A stretch of DNA of 64,000 nucleotides, from NCBI GenBank assembly GCA_964474825.1, contig CAYYWQ010000001.1:357609-421608 (forward strand), read 5' to 3'. This stretch comes from an uncultured Candidatus Saccharibacteria bacterium. GTDB lineage: Bacteria > Patescibacteriota > Doudnabacteria > UBA920. A program made the translations under genes and the position numbers. Positions 1 to 9,971 of the stretch are shown piece by piece. Each line of letters opens with the position of its first letter. Position 1 is the first letter of the stretch. The notes under the pieces are model-generated. The model made no database searches. It saw only the letters and a list, made by a program, of their open reading frames with translations, and was not told the origin of the DNA.

Positions 1-39
1 GTTATTTAAAGATCTGGGACGGAAACGTTCCGTTATACG

Positions 40-90
40 GAACCCCAGGATTTAGCTTCGACGTAACGTCGGAGTTGAATCTTGGGGTTC
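40..90 (+). repeat. 24-bp hairpin upstream of thrS (terminator-like or REP-like)
   Basis: gaaccccaggatttagcttcgacg-taa-cgtcggagttgaatcttggggttc pairs fully on the + strand when G-U is allowed; followed by tttatattt. Confidence 0.6.
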
Positions 91-107
91 TTTATATTTG
101 TAGGACA

Positions 108-172
108 GATTTAAGATTTCAGATTTAGGATTGAAGTTTGGCAACTTAAATTCTTAATCATTAATCCTAAAT
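108..172. repeat. Inverted pair of degenerate 7-bp tandem arrays
   Basis: gatttaa gatttca gatttag gattgaa, then roughly complementary cttaaat tcttaat cattaat cctaaat. Confidence 0.65.
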
Positions 173-177
173 AATTT

Positions 178-1932
178 ATGAACGACAACGCAGAAAAACT
201 ACACAACATTCGTCACTCACTAGCCCATTTATTTGCCGCGGCGCTTTTGGAATTACACCCAAATGCAAAAATTACAATCGGTCCTCCTATAGATGACGGT
301 TTTTATTATGACTTTGATTTAGATACCCAGTTGACTCCCTTGGATTTGCAAAAAATAGAAAAGCAAATGAAAAAGCTGCTTCAGAGTTGGGATACGTTTT
401 CCAGCCGCGAAGTCTCCCCTGCCGAAGCCAAGCAGTCTTGGGCGCATAACCCATATAAATTGGAGTTGATTGAGGAGCTAGAAAAAAAAGGCGAGAAAAT
501 TACTTTTTATAAAGCCGGAAAATTTGAAGATTTGTGCCGCGGCGGTCACGTGGAAAGCATGAGGGAAATTAAGCCGGATTCTTTTAAGCTGGCAAAAATT
601 GCCGGCGCGTATTGGCGTGGCAACGAGAAAAATAAAATGCTGCAGCGGGTTTATGGTTATGCTTTTGAATCCAAAGACAAGCTAGACGGGTATTTGCTTA
701 TGCTAGCAGAGGCGGAAAAGCGCGACCACAGGAAGCTGGGTCAGCAACTGGATTTATTTACAATTTCCGACCAGGTGGGGAAAGGCTTGCCCCTTTGGAC
801 ACCTAAAGGCGCTTTGCTGCGTAATTTATTAACAGAATATTCAGAAAATTTGCGCGCGCAAAAAGGCTGGCAAAGAGTTTGGAGCCCGCACATTACAAAA
901 AACGATTTATACAAAACTTCCGGGCACTGGGCCAAGTTTGGGGACGAATTATTTTTGGTAAAAAGCCAGGAGACAACCGACGAGTTGGTAATGAAGCCAA
1001 TGAACTGCCCGCACCACCAGCAAATTTATGCTTCTAAACCCCATAGCTACCGTGACTTGCCAATAAAATACATGGAAACCACAACAGTTTACCGCGACGA
1101 AAAAGCTGGGGAGCTTTTGGGTTTGTCCCGCGTGCGCAGCATTACCCAGGACGACAGCCATACTTTTTGCACGCCTGACCAAATAGAAAAAGTCTACCAG
1201 GAACTTATTGATGTTACCAAAGTTTTTTATTCCAAAATTGGAATGAAAATCCGTGCTCGGCTTTCTTTCAGGGACCCTCAAAACGGCGAAAAATATTTGG
1301 GTGAGGAGCATTTGTGGCAAAAGGCCCAGGACATACTTTTAAAAATTGCCCAAAAAAGCAAACTGGATTACTTTGTAGCCGAGGGTGAGGCGGCTTTTTA
1401 CGGACCAAAAATAGACTTTATGGCCACTGACGCTTTAGGACGCGAATGGCAATTAGCCACGCCGCAACTCGATTTTGTGCAGCCCAAACGTTTTGGTTTA
1501 GTTTACACAGACCACGACGGCAGCGAGCAAACACCGGTTATGATCCACTTTGCCCTAATGGGTTCTATTGAACGCTTTTTGTCTGTCTACATTGAACACA
1601 CTGCCGGAGCCTTCCCGCTGTGGCTTTCCCCCGTTCAAATAAAAATTCTGCCAATAAGTAAGAAGCAGAATGTGTATGCTAAGAAAGTGCAAAAAGAGCT
1701 CAGTGTCCAGTACCCAGTGCTCAGAATTGAACTTGATGACCGGGACGAAAGTGTGGGCAAAAAAATACGCGAAGCTTCAATGCAAAAAATCCCCTACCAG
1801 TTAATAGTTGGGGAAAAAGAAGTTAAAAGTAAAAAAGTGGCAGTCAGAACCCGAGAAGGGAAAGACCTAGGCGCAATTAGCTTAAAGAAATTTGCAGAAA
1901 AAATCCAGAAAGAAATTGAAAGTAAAAAATAG
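178..1932 (+). CDS. thrS: Threonine--tRNA ligase (no N-terminal TGS domain)
   Basis: RHSLAH and DLCRGGH editing motifs, RDHRKLG, KPMNCPHH, AFYGPKID, GSIERF, C-terminal anticodon-binding domain. Confidence 0.98.
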   Translation: MNDNAEKLHNIRHSLAHLFAAALLELHPNAKITIGPPIDDGFYYDFDLDTQLTPLDLQKIEKQMKKLLQSWDTFSSREVSPAEAKQSWAHNPYKLELIEELEKKGEKITFYKAGKFEDLCRGGHVESMREIKPDSFKLAKIAGAYWRGNEKNKMLQRVYGYAFESKDKLDGYLLMLAEAEKRDHRKLGQQLDLFTISDQVGKGLPLWTPKGALLRNLLTEYSENLRAQKGWQRVWSPHITKNDLYKTSGHWAKFGDELFLVKSQETTDELVMKPMNCPHHQQIYASKPHSYRDLPIKYMETTTVYRDEKAGELLGLSRVRSITQDDSHTFCTPDQIEKVYQELIDVTKVFYSKIGMKIRARLSFRDPQNGEKYLGEEHLWQKAQDILLKIAQKSKLDYFVAEGEAAFYGPKIDFMATDALGREWQLATPQLDFVQPKRFGLVYTDHDGSEQTPVMIHFALMGSIERFLSVYIEHTAGAFPLWLSPVQIKILPISKKQNVYAKKVQKELSVQYPVLRIELDDRDESVGKKIREASMQKIPYQLIVGEKEVKSKKVAVRTREGKDLGAISLKKFAEKIQKEIESKK

Positions 1933-1938
1933 AAGCAG

Positions 1939-2016
1939 GTATAAAGTATTTTGTATCGTGTATTATGTATGAAAAATTCCCAAGCATTGCTTGGGAATTT
2001 TTTTATACTTTATACT
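1939..2016. repeat. 7-bp tandem arrays flanking the thrS/map terminator
   Basis: gtataaa gtatttt gtatcgt gtattat gtat ... tatactt tatact. Confidence 0.6.
1972..2004. terminator. Bidirectional intrinsic terminator between convergent thrS and map
   Basis: aaaaattcccaagca-t-tgcttgggaattttttt. Confidence 0.85.
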
Positions 2017-2782
2017 AAGTAAGTATTTTCGCCCCATTCTTAGTAACTGCCACTGTGTGTTCAAAATGCGCGGCTAGCCCTCCGTCCTTTGTGGAAATAG
2101 TCCAGCCGTCGTTTTCAAATTCCAAAAAATAGTCGTGTTCGCAGACCATGGGTTCTATGGCAATGACCATGCCTTCGCGAAGTATGGTTCCGGTACCTTT
2201 TTTGCCGTAGCAAGGAACCGAAGGGTCTTCATGTACTGCGTACCCTACTCCGTGTCCTACAAGGTCACGCACAACGCTAAAGCCCCCGGCCTCAATAGTG
2301 CTTTGCATAACAAAACCCAAATCCCCTGTCTTGGCGCCATCCCTCACTTCTTTTATGGCAGCGTCCAAAGATTTTTTTGTAACTTCCATAAGCTTTTTGG
2401 CTTTACCTGACACCGCACCTACTGGCACAGTTATGGCCGTGTCTGTGTACAAACCTTTATAGACCATGCCAATATCCAGGCTAATAATATCCCCGCCTTT
2501 TAAAATAATTTCCCGCGAAGGTATGCCGTGTACAACAACAGAATTTACAGAGGTGCATAGACCGGCCGGAAAAGGATTTTTCTTTTGACCGTAACCTTTA
2601 AAGCTTGGTATTCCGCCAATTTTTTTTATTTCCGCTTCCGCAAATTCGTTTAGGTTCCATGTAGAAATACCGGGCTTAACCAGCCCGGCTGTTGCCCATA
2701 AAATATTGTGAATTAGCTTTCCGCCCTCCCCAATAATTTCAATTTCTTCTTGGGTTTTAATTAAGCCTGTTTTGGAACTCAT
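2015..2782 (-). CDS. map: Methionine aminopeptidase type I
   Basis: CTSVNSVVVHGIP, DIISLDIG, DTAIT, GHGVG..HEDP, IEPM, AHFEHTV. Confidence 0.97.
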   Translation of the reverse strand: MSSKTGLIKTQEEIEIIGEGGKLIHNILWATAGLVKPGISTWNLNEFAEAEIKKIGGIPSFKGYGQKKNPFPAGLCTSVNSVVVHGIPSREIILKGGDIISLDIGMVYKGLYTDTAITVPVGAVSGKAKKLMEVTKKSLDAAIKEVRDGAKTGDLGFVMQSTIEAGGFSVVRDLVGHGVGYAVHEDPSVPCYGKKGTGTILREGMVIAIEPMVCEHDYFLEFENDGWTISTKDGGLAAHFEHTVAVTKNGAKILT

Positions 2783-3374
2783 TGAGCTTTATATTTAATC
2801 TTTTTCTGGCTTCCGCAATGGTGCCCATTGTGGAAATATTTATAAAGGGGTAGGATTTTTTAAAAAATTTAACAACTTGGCTAATATTTTTTTGGTAATA
2901 AGCAATGCGGTTTTTTAAAGCCTTGTCGTTGTCGTCCGGACGTTTGGAAAATTTTCCTTTAAAATAAGTTTTCCGCTCAGTCATTCTTTTAATAGTTTCT
3001 TTTAGCGGAATAGACAAATATATAAAAAGAATATTGTCCCGCTTTTCCTGCTTAAGCCATTTGCTGACCAGCTTAGCTTCACCAAGCATTTTAGGAGTGC
3101 CGTCAAACAAAATTCCCTGCGTTTTTTTTATACCGTGAATTTTGTCTCTCAAAAGTGTTCTTACTAAATTGGTAGGGGTGAGCTTGCCGCTGTCTAGAGT
3201 TTTGTCTAACCTGTATTTTTTACGTAAAACCGGGTTATGCTCAAGCGCGCGCAGTTCCTTGCCCATGTCTAAATCGTAAAGCTTAAACTTTTTGGTCAAA
3301 AATTTCCCGTGAGTGGCTTTTCCGGCCGCCGGATCGCCTAGTAAAATTATATTTAGAGGCGAAAGTTTTTTCAT
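2757..3374 (-). CDS. Adenylate kinase-family NMP kinase, divergent paralog
   Basis: P-loop GDPAAGKAT, DMGKELR, FDGTPK, RPDD; short LID. Confidence 0.85.
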   Translation of the reverse strand: MKKLSPLNIILLGDPAAGKATHGKFLTKKFKLYDLDMGKELRALEHNPVLRKKYRLDKTLDSGKLTPTNLVRTLLRDKIHGIKKTQGILFDGTPKMLGEAKLVSKWLKQEKRDNILFIYLSIPLKETIKRMTERKTYFKGKFSKRPDDNDKALKNRIAYYQKNISQVVKFFKKSYPFINISTMGTIAEARKRLNIKLNEFQNRLN

Positions 3375-3381
3375 TAGAAAA

Positions 3382-3954
3382 TTATAATCCTAAAGTTTGG
3401 TTAATTGTTCCTGTTACTTCTTCTACGGCGGGACTACCGTCAATTTCAAAGAAATTGGTTTGCTGTTTTAGGTAATCTAAAACAGGCAAAGTATCTTGCT
3501 CGTATTGCTTTAGTCGGAATTCAATTTTTTCCGGGGTGTCGTCTGCGCGGCCTTCTTTTTGGGCGCGGAGCGACAAACGATTTAAAGATTCCTGCCTTGG
3601 TAAATTGACAAATAAAGTTACGAAATCAGCCCTCCCCTGACCTTTTAAGTAATTCATTAAAAATTCGGCCTGTCCTAAACGCCTGGGGATGCCGTCAAAA
3701 ATTACGCCTTGAGTTGGCGAAATTTGGTTTATTTTAAATTGAACTACCTCGTATAAGTCTTCGTCTTTTAGTAAGATTCCCGAATCTATCAAGGCTTTTA
3801 TTTTTTTACCCAGTTCATTGTCGCCTGAAGCGACTTCACGCAAAATTGCGCCCATGTCCCAGTGAAAGAAGTTTAACTTTTTTGCCAAAAGCTTGGCTTG
3901 TGTCCCTTTGCCGCTGCCCTGGGGGCCTATAAAAAATATTGTATTAAGGTTCAT
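3382..3954 (-). CDS. adk: Adenylate kinase (short-LID type)
   Basis: GPQGSGKGTQA, DMGAILR, FDGIPR, GRADD. Confidence 0.92.
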   Translation of the reverse strand: MNLNTIFFIGPQGSGKGTQAKLLAKKLNFFHWDMGAILREVASGDNELGKKIKALIDSGILLKDEDLYEVVQFKINQISPTQGVIFDGIPRRLGQAEFLMNYLKGQGRADFVTLFVNLPRQESLNRLSLRAQKEGRADDTPEKIEFRLKQYEQDTLPVLDYLKQQTNFFEIDGSPAVEEVTGTINQTLGL

Positions 3955-4152
3955 AATACGGTTATAATAACGAAATTTTGGTTATTTTGCAAGTTTATGA
4001 TATAATAATTAAAATTTTTTAATCGAACGAAATAAAAACTGCGCGGAACCCCACGAAAATTTTTTAGGGGCTTTCTAAGTCTATATTAAAAACGAAATCG
4101 GCTTTTTTCTTAAAATTTTGATTAAAATAAAACAAAAATTTTTGGTGGGTGA

Positions 4153-5856
4153 ATGAACGGAATTTTTCTTGAGTTAACAATGGTTTTAATTATGGCCGGC
4201 GCCATGGCGGTACTGGTTAGCTTTTTAAAGCAGCCCGGAATTATTGCCTACATAATTACGGGACTAATAATAGGTCCCCTTGGCTATTATAACCTCCAGG
4301 ACAAGCATGTTTTTGACGCGCTGGCGCAAATCGGCATTACCTTGCTTCTGTTTATGGTGGGGCTGGAATTAGATGTTACTCAGCTTAAAAAAATGGGGCG
4401 CGCTGCACTGCTTACTGGACTGGGTCAGGTTGTATTTACCACAGGTATTGGTTTTCTAATTTTACGGCTTTTAAATTTCAATTTAGGAGCCTCACTTTTA
4501 ATTGCCCCGGCCATAACTTTTTCTTCAACAATAATAGTTGTAAAGCTTTTGGCTGAAAAGAAGGATATACAGAGTTTGTATGGGAAAATTGTGGTAGGTA
4601 TTTTCCTTACTCAGGATTTAGTGGCAATTTTAATTTTAGTTGGCCTTTCCAGTTTTGCACCAACCAGCACCTCTGTTTATTCCGGAATTCCGATTTGGCA
4701 GAACTTAATGATGATTTTTATTCGCGCTTTAATTTTGGTGCTGTTGGTGTGGTGGGCCAGCGCGAAAGTTTTCCCAAAAATTTTAAAAATTATTGGCAGG
4801 TCGGACGAACTTTTATTGGTTTTTGGGCTAGCGTGGGCCTTGGGACTAGCTGCTTTTGTTTCCCTGCCGGTTATGGGGTTTACTTTGGAAATTGGCGGTT
4901 TCTTAGCGGGCTTAGCTCTGGCGCAAAGCGCGGTGCATTACGAAATTTCCGCGCGAATTAAGTCCTTGCGGGATTTTTTTATTATTATATTTTTTATTGT
5001 AATGGGCTCGCAGCTTGTATTTACTAATGCTTCGGGCTTGGTTTGGCCGGTAATAATTGTGTCCCTGTTTGTTTTAATTGGCAAGCCATTAATAGTTATG
5101 GGTGTGTTGGCTATGCTTGGTTACAAACCGCGTACCGGACTTTTGGCCGGAGTAACTGTTGGGCAGATTTCGGAATTCAGCTTAATTTTAGGCGCTCTGG
5201 GTTACAAGCTGGGCTTTATTAACTCCTCACAACTTGGGTTGCTTACTCTTATTGGGATAGTATCTTTTTCCCTGTCTTCATACAGCATTTTGTATTCCAA
5301 CAAACTATACGAAATTTTGAGGCCAGTTCTACAAATTTTTGATTTTAGGAAAGGGGTGGCCGAAAGGGGTTTGCACAACATAGTTTTAAAAAACCATATT
5401 GTCCTAATTGGCGCGCATCGCATGGGGCACCATTTGGTTGAGGCCTTGGTTAAACAAGATAAGCAATTTGTGCTGGTGGATTTTAATCCGGAAATTATTG
5501 AAGGTTTTAAGGAACAAAATATTCTGGCGGTTTGCGGCGACATAAGCGACCCTTACATTCAGGAACAGGTTAACTTACCACACGCCAAAATTATTATTTC
5601 CACAGTTCCCGACATTAACGACAACTTGGCTTTAATAGACGCGGTAAAAAAGCAGGCCGGTAAACGCAGGCCCAAATTAATATTTATGGCGCAGGATGAG
5701 TCGGAAATTAAACACCTATATGATCAGGATATTGACTATGTTATTTCCCCCCACTTTATGGGAGGCCTTCACCTGGCAAAAATTTTGCAAGACGAACACG
5801 GTTTTAAAGGCCTAAAAAAACTCCGCGAAGGGCATTTGAAAATTTTAAGCCAATAA
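4153..5856 (+). CDS. CPA2/Kef-family cation:proton antiporter with C-terminal RCK (TrkA-N) domain
   Basis: About 13 TM segments, LFMVGLE, FSSTIIVVK, GQISEFS, C-terminal Rossmann motif GAHRMG and GDISD. Confidence 0.92.
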   Translation: MNGIFLELTMVLIMAGAMAVLVSFLKQPGIIAYIITGLIIGPLGYYNLQDKHVFDALAQIGITLLLFMVGLELDVTQLKKMGRAALLTGLGQVVFTTGIGFLILRLLNFNLGASLLIAPAITFSSTIIVVKLLAEKKDIQSLYGKIVVGIFLTQDLVAILILVGLSSFAPTSTSVYSGIPIWQNLMMIFIRALILVLLVWWASAKVFPKILKIIGRSDELLLVFGLAWALGLAAFVSLPVMGFTLEIGGFLAGLALAQSAVHYEISARIKSLRDFFIIIFFIVMGSQLVFTNASGLVWPVIIVSLFVLIGKPLIVMGVLAMLGYKPRTGLLAGVTVGQISEFSLILGALGYKLGFINSSQLGLLTLIGIVSFSLSSYSILYSNKLYEILRPVLQIFDFRKGVAERGLHNIVLKNHIVLIGAHRMGHHLVEALVKQDKQFVLVDFNPEIIEGFKEQNILAVCGDISDPYIQEQVNLPHAKIIISTVPDINDNLALIDAVKKQAGKRRPKLIFMAQDESEIKHLYDQDIDYVISPHFMGGLHLAKILQDEHGFKGLKKLREGHLKILSQ

Positions 5857-5867
5857 AGAATGTTATT

Positions 5868-6296
5868 TTATTTTTTTCGTTTTATCGAATTGGCTTTTTG
5901 ATTTTCTAACAAGTAAAAATAGCATTTCTTCAATTCGGAAAAGATTGTATCAGTTAACTCTCCTTCCCTTCCGGAATAACTAACTATAATGCCATTTCTT
6001 TCCGTCGCATTGTGCCTTATTATTTCTATTACCGGCTGAATAAAATTTCTTTTTCGTGCATACTCGTCGGTCTTCAAAAGATTGATTGTTGCAAAAATTT
6101 GTCCAGCTCCTATTACCTTTAGGGTGGATAATTTTTGGTGGGGGTCCTCAACAACAATTTTTTCGATTATTTTGGTATTAGTTTCCAAGCTAAGCTTTTC
6201 CACAGCGCTGTTAAGATCGGCTTGCACCTGTCTGATCCTTTGTTCCGGCAAATGGTCGTGCATTTGGCGAAGATCGGGTCCCTTAAAGTAGTTCAT
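5868..6296 (-). CDS. Hypothetical protein
   Basis: 142-aa ATG ORF filling the gap between the antiporter and cysS; no motif recognised. Confidence 0.6.
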   Translation of the reverse strand: MNYFKGPDLRQMHDHLPEQRIRQVQADLNSAVEKLSLETNTKIIEKIVVEDPHQKLSTLKVIGAGQIFATINLLKTDEYARKRNFIQPVIEIIRHNATERNGIIVSYSGREGELTDTIFSELKKCYFYLLENQKANSIKRKK

Positions 6297-6340
6297 ATAA
6301 GTTTGCTTTAAACCTAAATTATTTATACACTATATTGTAT

Positions 6341-7657
6341 ATGCTGAAATTATACAACACATTGAGTAGAAAAATCGAGGAGGTTCCTAAAAAGAACCAC
6401 TTAAACCTTTATACTTGCGGCCCCACTGTCTATAATTACGCGCATATTGGCAATTTGCGCAGTTTTATAATGGCGGATTTGCTTTACCGTACACTCAAGT
6501 TTGAAGGCTATAACCCCAAATGGGTAATGAACATTACAGACATAGACGACAAGACTATAAAAGGGACGCTGGCAGAATTTGGTAAGACGTCCGGAGTTAA
6601 GGAGCTTTATGATTTTACGGAAAAATATCTGCGAGCTTTTGTTGCTGACTTAAAGGAAGTGAATGTTTTGGTAAATGAAATTGAGCTAATTCGTGTTACC
6701 GATAAAATGTCGGAAATTCAGGAATTTATTGTTGGGCTTTTGGACAAAGGCTATGCCTATAAAGCCGATGACGGTGTTTATTTTAGTATTGAAAAATATC
6801 AAAAAGATTTTGGCGATTACGGCCAGTTGGTTGGTGAAAAATTTTTAGAAGGAAAAAAAGTCGGCGCAAGAGTTGCTGTGGATGAATATGAAAAAGATAA
6901 CCTAAGCGACTTTGTGCTTTGGAAAAATCATAATCCGGAAACGGACGGTAATATTTTTTGGGATCATCCCCTGCTAGGCAAAGGCCGGCCTGGCTGGCAT
7001 ATTGAATGTTCTGTTATTAATCATGTTGCCTTTAAGGGGGAGGCCACCGACATTCACACCGGTGGCGTGGATTTAATGTTTCCCCATCATGCCAATGAAA
7101 TAGCACAGTCGCAGGCGTTTTTGGGTAGGGGGAATTTTGTTAAGTACTGGTTTCATTCCGAGCATCTGCTTGTAGACGGAAAAAAAATGTCTAAAAGTTC
7201 TGGAAATTTTTATACGTTGAAAGATTTAGTTAGGAAAGGATTTTCCGCGCAAGATTTTCGCTACGCTATGTTCGCCTCTTCTTACCGGGCGCAACAAAAT
7301 TTTACCTGGGAAAATTTGCTTTCAGTCCATACTGCTTTGGAAAAGTTTTTAGCATTCCCTTCAGGGGCGGTTCCGGACGAAGTTATAAATATTTTTAATG
7401 AAGATTTAAATATTCCGGAAGCACTAGGACTTCTTTGGGGTCATAAAATTAGTAATTCTGATTTGCTCGGCATTAAACCCAATGAAGCGGCAGCGGTCCC
7501 TGGTAACGTAACCGCTATTTTGGCATTGCGCCAAGCAGCCAAGGACCAGAAAGACTTTGATAAATCTGACGATTTTAGGAAGCAAATAGAAGAGCTGGGA
7601 TATGAGGTAATGGACACGCCTGAGGGGCAAAAAGTCCGAAAAAAGTTAAGTATTTAA
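6341..7657 (+). CDS. cysS: Cysteine--tRNA ligase
   Basis: YTCGPTVY, HIGN, NITDIDDK, GRPGWHIECS, KMSKS; ATG at 6341 preferred over upstream TTG. Confidence 0.98.
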   Translation: MLKLYNTLSRKIEEVPKKNHLNLYTCGPTVYNYAHIGNLRSFIMADLLYRTLKFEGYNPKWVMNITDIDDKTIKGTLAEFGKTSGVKELYDFTEKYLRAFVADLKEVNVLVNEIELIRVTDKMSEIQEFIVGLLDKGYAYKADDGVYFSIEKYQKDFGDYGQLVGEKFLEGKKVGARVAVDEYEKDNLSDFVLWKNHNPETDGNIFWDHPLLGKGRPGWHIECSVINHVAFKGEATDIHTGGVDLMFPHHANEIAQSQAFLGRGNFVKYWFHSEHLLVDGKKMSKSSGNFYTLKDLVRKGFSAQDFRYAMFASSYRAQQNFTWENLLSVHTALEKFLAFPSGAVPDEVINIFNEDLNIPEALGLLWGHKISNSDLLGIKPNEAAAVPGNVTAILALRQAAKDQKDFDKSDDFRKQIEELGYEVMDTPEGQKVRKKLSI

Positions 7658-7711
7658 ACTAGTCCTAGAGAGCGCGGGTTGTTATCCCCTATCTTTCCCC
7701 ATACAGTACAC

Positions 7712-7738
7712 AAAAAGCCCTAAATAAGGGCTTTTTTA
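7712..7738 (+). terminator. Intrinsic terminator after cysS
   Basis: aaaaagccct-aaata-agggctttttt. Confidence 0.75.
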
Positions 7739-7805
7739 GCTCTTGGAGGGGTAAGGGTTTGGTAGTATAATAAATAAGCCCAAAGCTAATCAACATGAAA
7801 GAAAA

Positions 7806-9191
7806 ATGGATAATTCAACCATAGTACGAACTCCGCCGCAGAATTTAGAGGCCGAAATTTCAGTCTTGGGGTCACTTATGCTGGACCGCGACGCGATTAT
7901 TAAAATCGCGGATTTAATAATCGCGGACGATTTTTACGAGGCCAAACATAAAACTATTTATGAGGCCATAATTACGCTTTACTCCAAAAATATTTCCATA
8001 GACGTTCTAACCGTTACAAATATTTTAGAAGAAAGGAAACAGCTGGATTTTGTGGGGGGCAGCAGTTATTTAACAACTTTAGCCAGCGCTGTGCCTTCCG
8101 CCGGTAACGTTGTACACTACGCGGGAATAGTTAGAAAAAAAGGCACGCTCCGCCGGCTTATTGGGACAGCCGGGGAAATTACCAGTTTGGCTTTTACCGA
8201 AAGCAACGACATAGAAGACATTTTAGATCAGGCAGAACAAAAATTATTCGGTGTTTCCCAAAAACATTTAAAGCAGAATTTTATTCCAATTAACTCGGTA
8301 CTGACCGCGACTTTTGAACGTATTGATGAGCTGCATAGAGACCAGGGAAAGCTCAGGGGCTTGGCTAGCGGGTTTGTAGATTTAGACCAAAAACTTGGAG
8401 GGCTGCAGAAATCTGACCTTATTATTTTGGCTGCCCGTCCTTCCATGGGGAAAACTTCCCTTGCGTTGGACATTATTCGCCATGTCGGCGTGAACTTAAA
8501 AGTGCCGGTGGGAATTTTTTCTTTGGAAATGAGCAAAGACCAATTGGTAGACCGCTTACTTTCCTCCCAGAGCGAGGTTAACTTATGGAAAATCCGTACA
8601 GGACACTTGAACGACGAAGATTTTGAAAAAATTGGTGAAGCTATGGGTGTTCTTTCCGAGGCTCCCATTTTTATTGACGACGCGGCCGGAAGCAATGTTA
8701 TGGAAGTCAGGACCAAAGCCCGCAGGCTTCATGCTGAGCACAACGTGGGTTTAATTGTGGTTGACTACTTACAGTTAATGAGCGGCCGCAGTACCGATAA
8801 CCGCGTCCAGGAAGTCAGCGAAATTTCCAGGTCCTTAAAAATTCTTGCACGTGAACTAAACGTGCCGGTTATTGCTTTGTCCCAGCTGTCCCGTTTGGTG
8901 GAAAACAGGCCGGACAAAGTCCCTCAGTTGTCCGATTTGCGTGAATCCGGGTCCATTGAGCAAGACGCGGACGTGGTAATGTTTATTTACCGCGAAGATA
9001 TGTATAAAGGTAAGGAATCCCACCGCCCTAACATTGCGGAAATCTACATTAAAAAACATCGTAACGGCCCTACCGGCCAGGTGGACTTGTTCTTTGAAGC
9101 CGAAAAAGCCAGCTTTAAGAATTTGGATAAAACTTTTGACGTTAGCCCCCAGACGGTTATGGCCGCCGTTGCGCCAGAGGAAACAGAATAA
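7806..9191 (+). CDS. dnaB: Replicative DNA helicase
   Basis: PPQNLEAE, AARPSMGKT, FSLEMS, VDYLQLM, ALSQLSR, DLRESGSIEQDAD, KHRNGPTG. Confidence 0.99.
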   Translation: MDNSTIVRTPPQNLEAEISVLGSLMLDRDAIIKIADLIIADDFYEAKHKTIYEAIITLYSKNISIDVLTVTNILEERKQLDFVGGSSYLTTLASAVPSAGNVVHYAGIVRKKGTLRRLIGTAGEITSLAFTESNDIEDILDQAEQKLFGVSQKHLKQNFIPINSVLTATFERIDELHRDQGKLRGLASGFVDLDQKLGGLQKSDLIILAARPSMGKTSLALDIIRHVGVNLKVPVGIFSLEMSKDQLVDRLLSSQSEVNLWKIRTGHLNDEDFEKIGEAMGVLSEAPIFIDDAAGSNVMEVRTKARRLHAEHNVGLIVVDYLQLMSGRSTDNRVQEVSEISRSLKILARELNVPVIALSQLSRLVENRPDKVPQLSDLRESGSIEQDADVVMFIYREDMYKGKESHRPNIAEIYIKKHRNGPTGQVDLFFEAEKASFKNLDKTFDVSPQTVMAAVAPEETE

Positions 9192-9194
9192 AAG

Positions 9195-9257
9195 AGTGGT
9201 TAGTGAGTAGTGGTCAGTGGATAGTAACTAACCACTAAACACTATCCACTAGTCACT
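9195..9257. repeat. Inverted pair of 7-bp tandem arrays
   Basis: agtggtt agtgagt agtggtc agtggat agt / actaacc actaaac actatcc actagtc act. Confidence 0.8.
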
Positions 9258-9264
9258 AAATCCC

Positions 9265-9876
9265 ATGCTCAAACTCCCCTCCTCTCTCCAAAAATTAATA
9301 AACGAACTTGGCAAGCTTCCAGGTGTTGGCCCTAAGACCGCCCAGCGGTTGGGATTTTATTTATTGAAAAAAGACAATATAGATTTAGCAAATTTGGCCT
9401 CGTCGATTTCCCAAGTTAAGCAGGGTATTGAGTTTTGCGGCGTTTGCCATAACATGGCCGAAAGCGACCCTTGTAATGTGTGCGCGGACGAAAAGAGAGA
9501 CCATTCTTTGGTTTGTGTGGTGGAAGAGCCGCTTGACGCCCAGGCAATAGACAAAGGTGGTGATTTTAAAGGTGTGTTTCATATTTTAGGCGGCGTGCTA
9601 AACCCCTTGGAAGGCATTGGTCCAGAGCAATTAAAGATAGAATCTTTAATTGCTAGAATCATGAATCCTGAATCGGGAATTATGGAAATCATTATCGCCA
9701 CCAACCCCTCGTTGGAAGGCGAGACTACGGCTATGCATTTGTCCAAAGTTATCAGAGCTGTAAATCCTGAAATAAAAATTACGCGTATTGCAAGAGGCCT
9801 GCCAATGGGCGGAGATTTGGAATACGCTGACGACATGACCTTAATGCGCGCTATGGAAGGACGAAGGGATTATTAA
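9265..9876 (+). CDS. recR: Recombination mediator RecR
   Basis: LPGVGPKTAQR, C4 zinc finger, CVVE, TOPRIM domain, EGETTA, GGDLEYAD. Confidence 0.98.
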   Translation: MLKLPSSLQKLINELGKLPGVGPKTAQRLGFYLLKKDNIDLANLASSISQVKQGIEFCGVCHNMAESDPCNVCADEKRDHSLVCVVEEPLDAQAIDKGGDFKGVFHILGGVLNPLEGIGPEQLKIESLIARIMNPESGIMEIIIATNPSLEGETTAMHLSKVIRAVNPEIKITRIARGLPMGGDLEYADDMTLMRAMEGRRDY

Positions 9877-9884
9877 CCGCAGAT

Positions 9885-9905
9885 GCCTGCCTACCGCAGG
9901 TAGGC
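9885..9905. repeat. Short REP-like palindrome
   Basis: gcctgcct-accgc-aggtaggc, near cagat repeats. Confidence 0.5.
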
Positions 9906-9930
9906 TCAGATAAATTAAAATCAGATATAC

Positions 9931-9964
9931 AAAAAAGACCGTCACCATTGAGTGACGGTCTTTT
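9931..9964. terminator. Bidirectional terminator between convergent recR and rplU
   Basis: aaaaaagaccgtcac-cattga-gtgacggtctttt. Confidence 0.85.
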
Positions 9965-9971
9965 GAATTGA

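Noticed and set aside
1-177. T-box riboswitch upstream of thrS
   Set aside because: No T-box consensus (AAGGTGGxACC-like) is visible; only a long hairpin and heptamer arrays, and the leader may be cut by the window edge
7680-7712. DnaA boxes or origin upstream of dnaB (ttatcccct, ctttcccca); also ttatcccca near 27910
   Set aside because: Only 1-2-mismatch matches, too few and scattered to support a call
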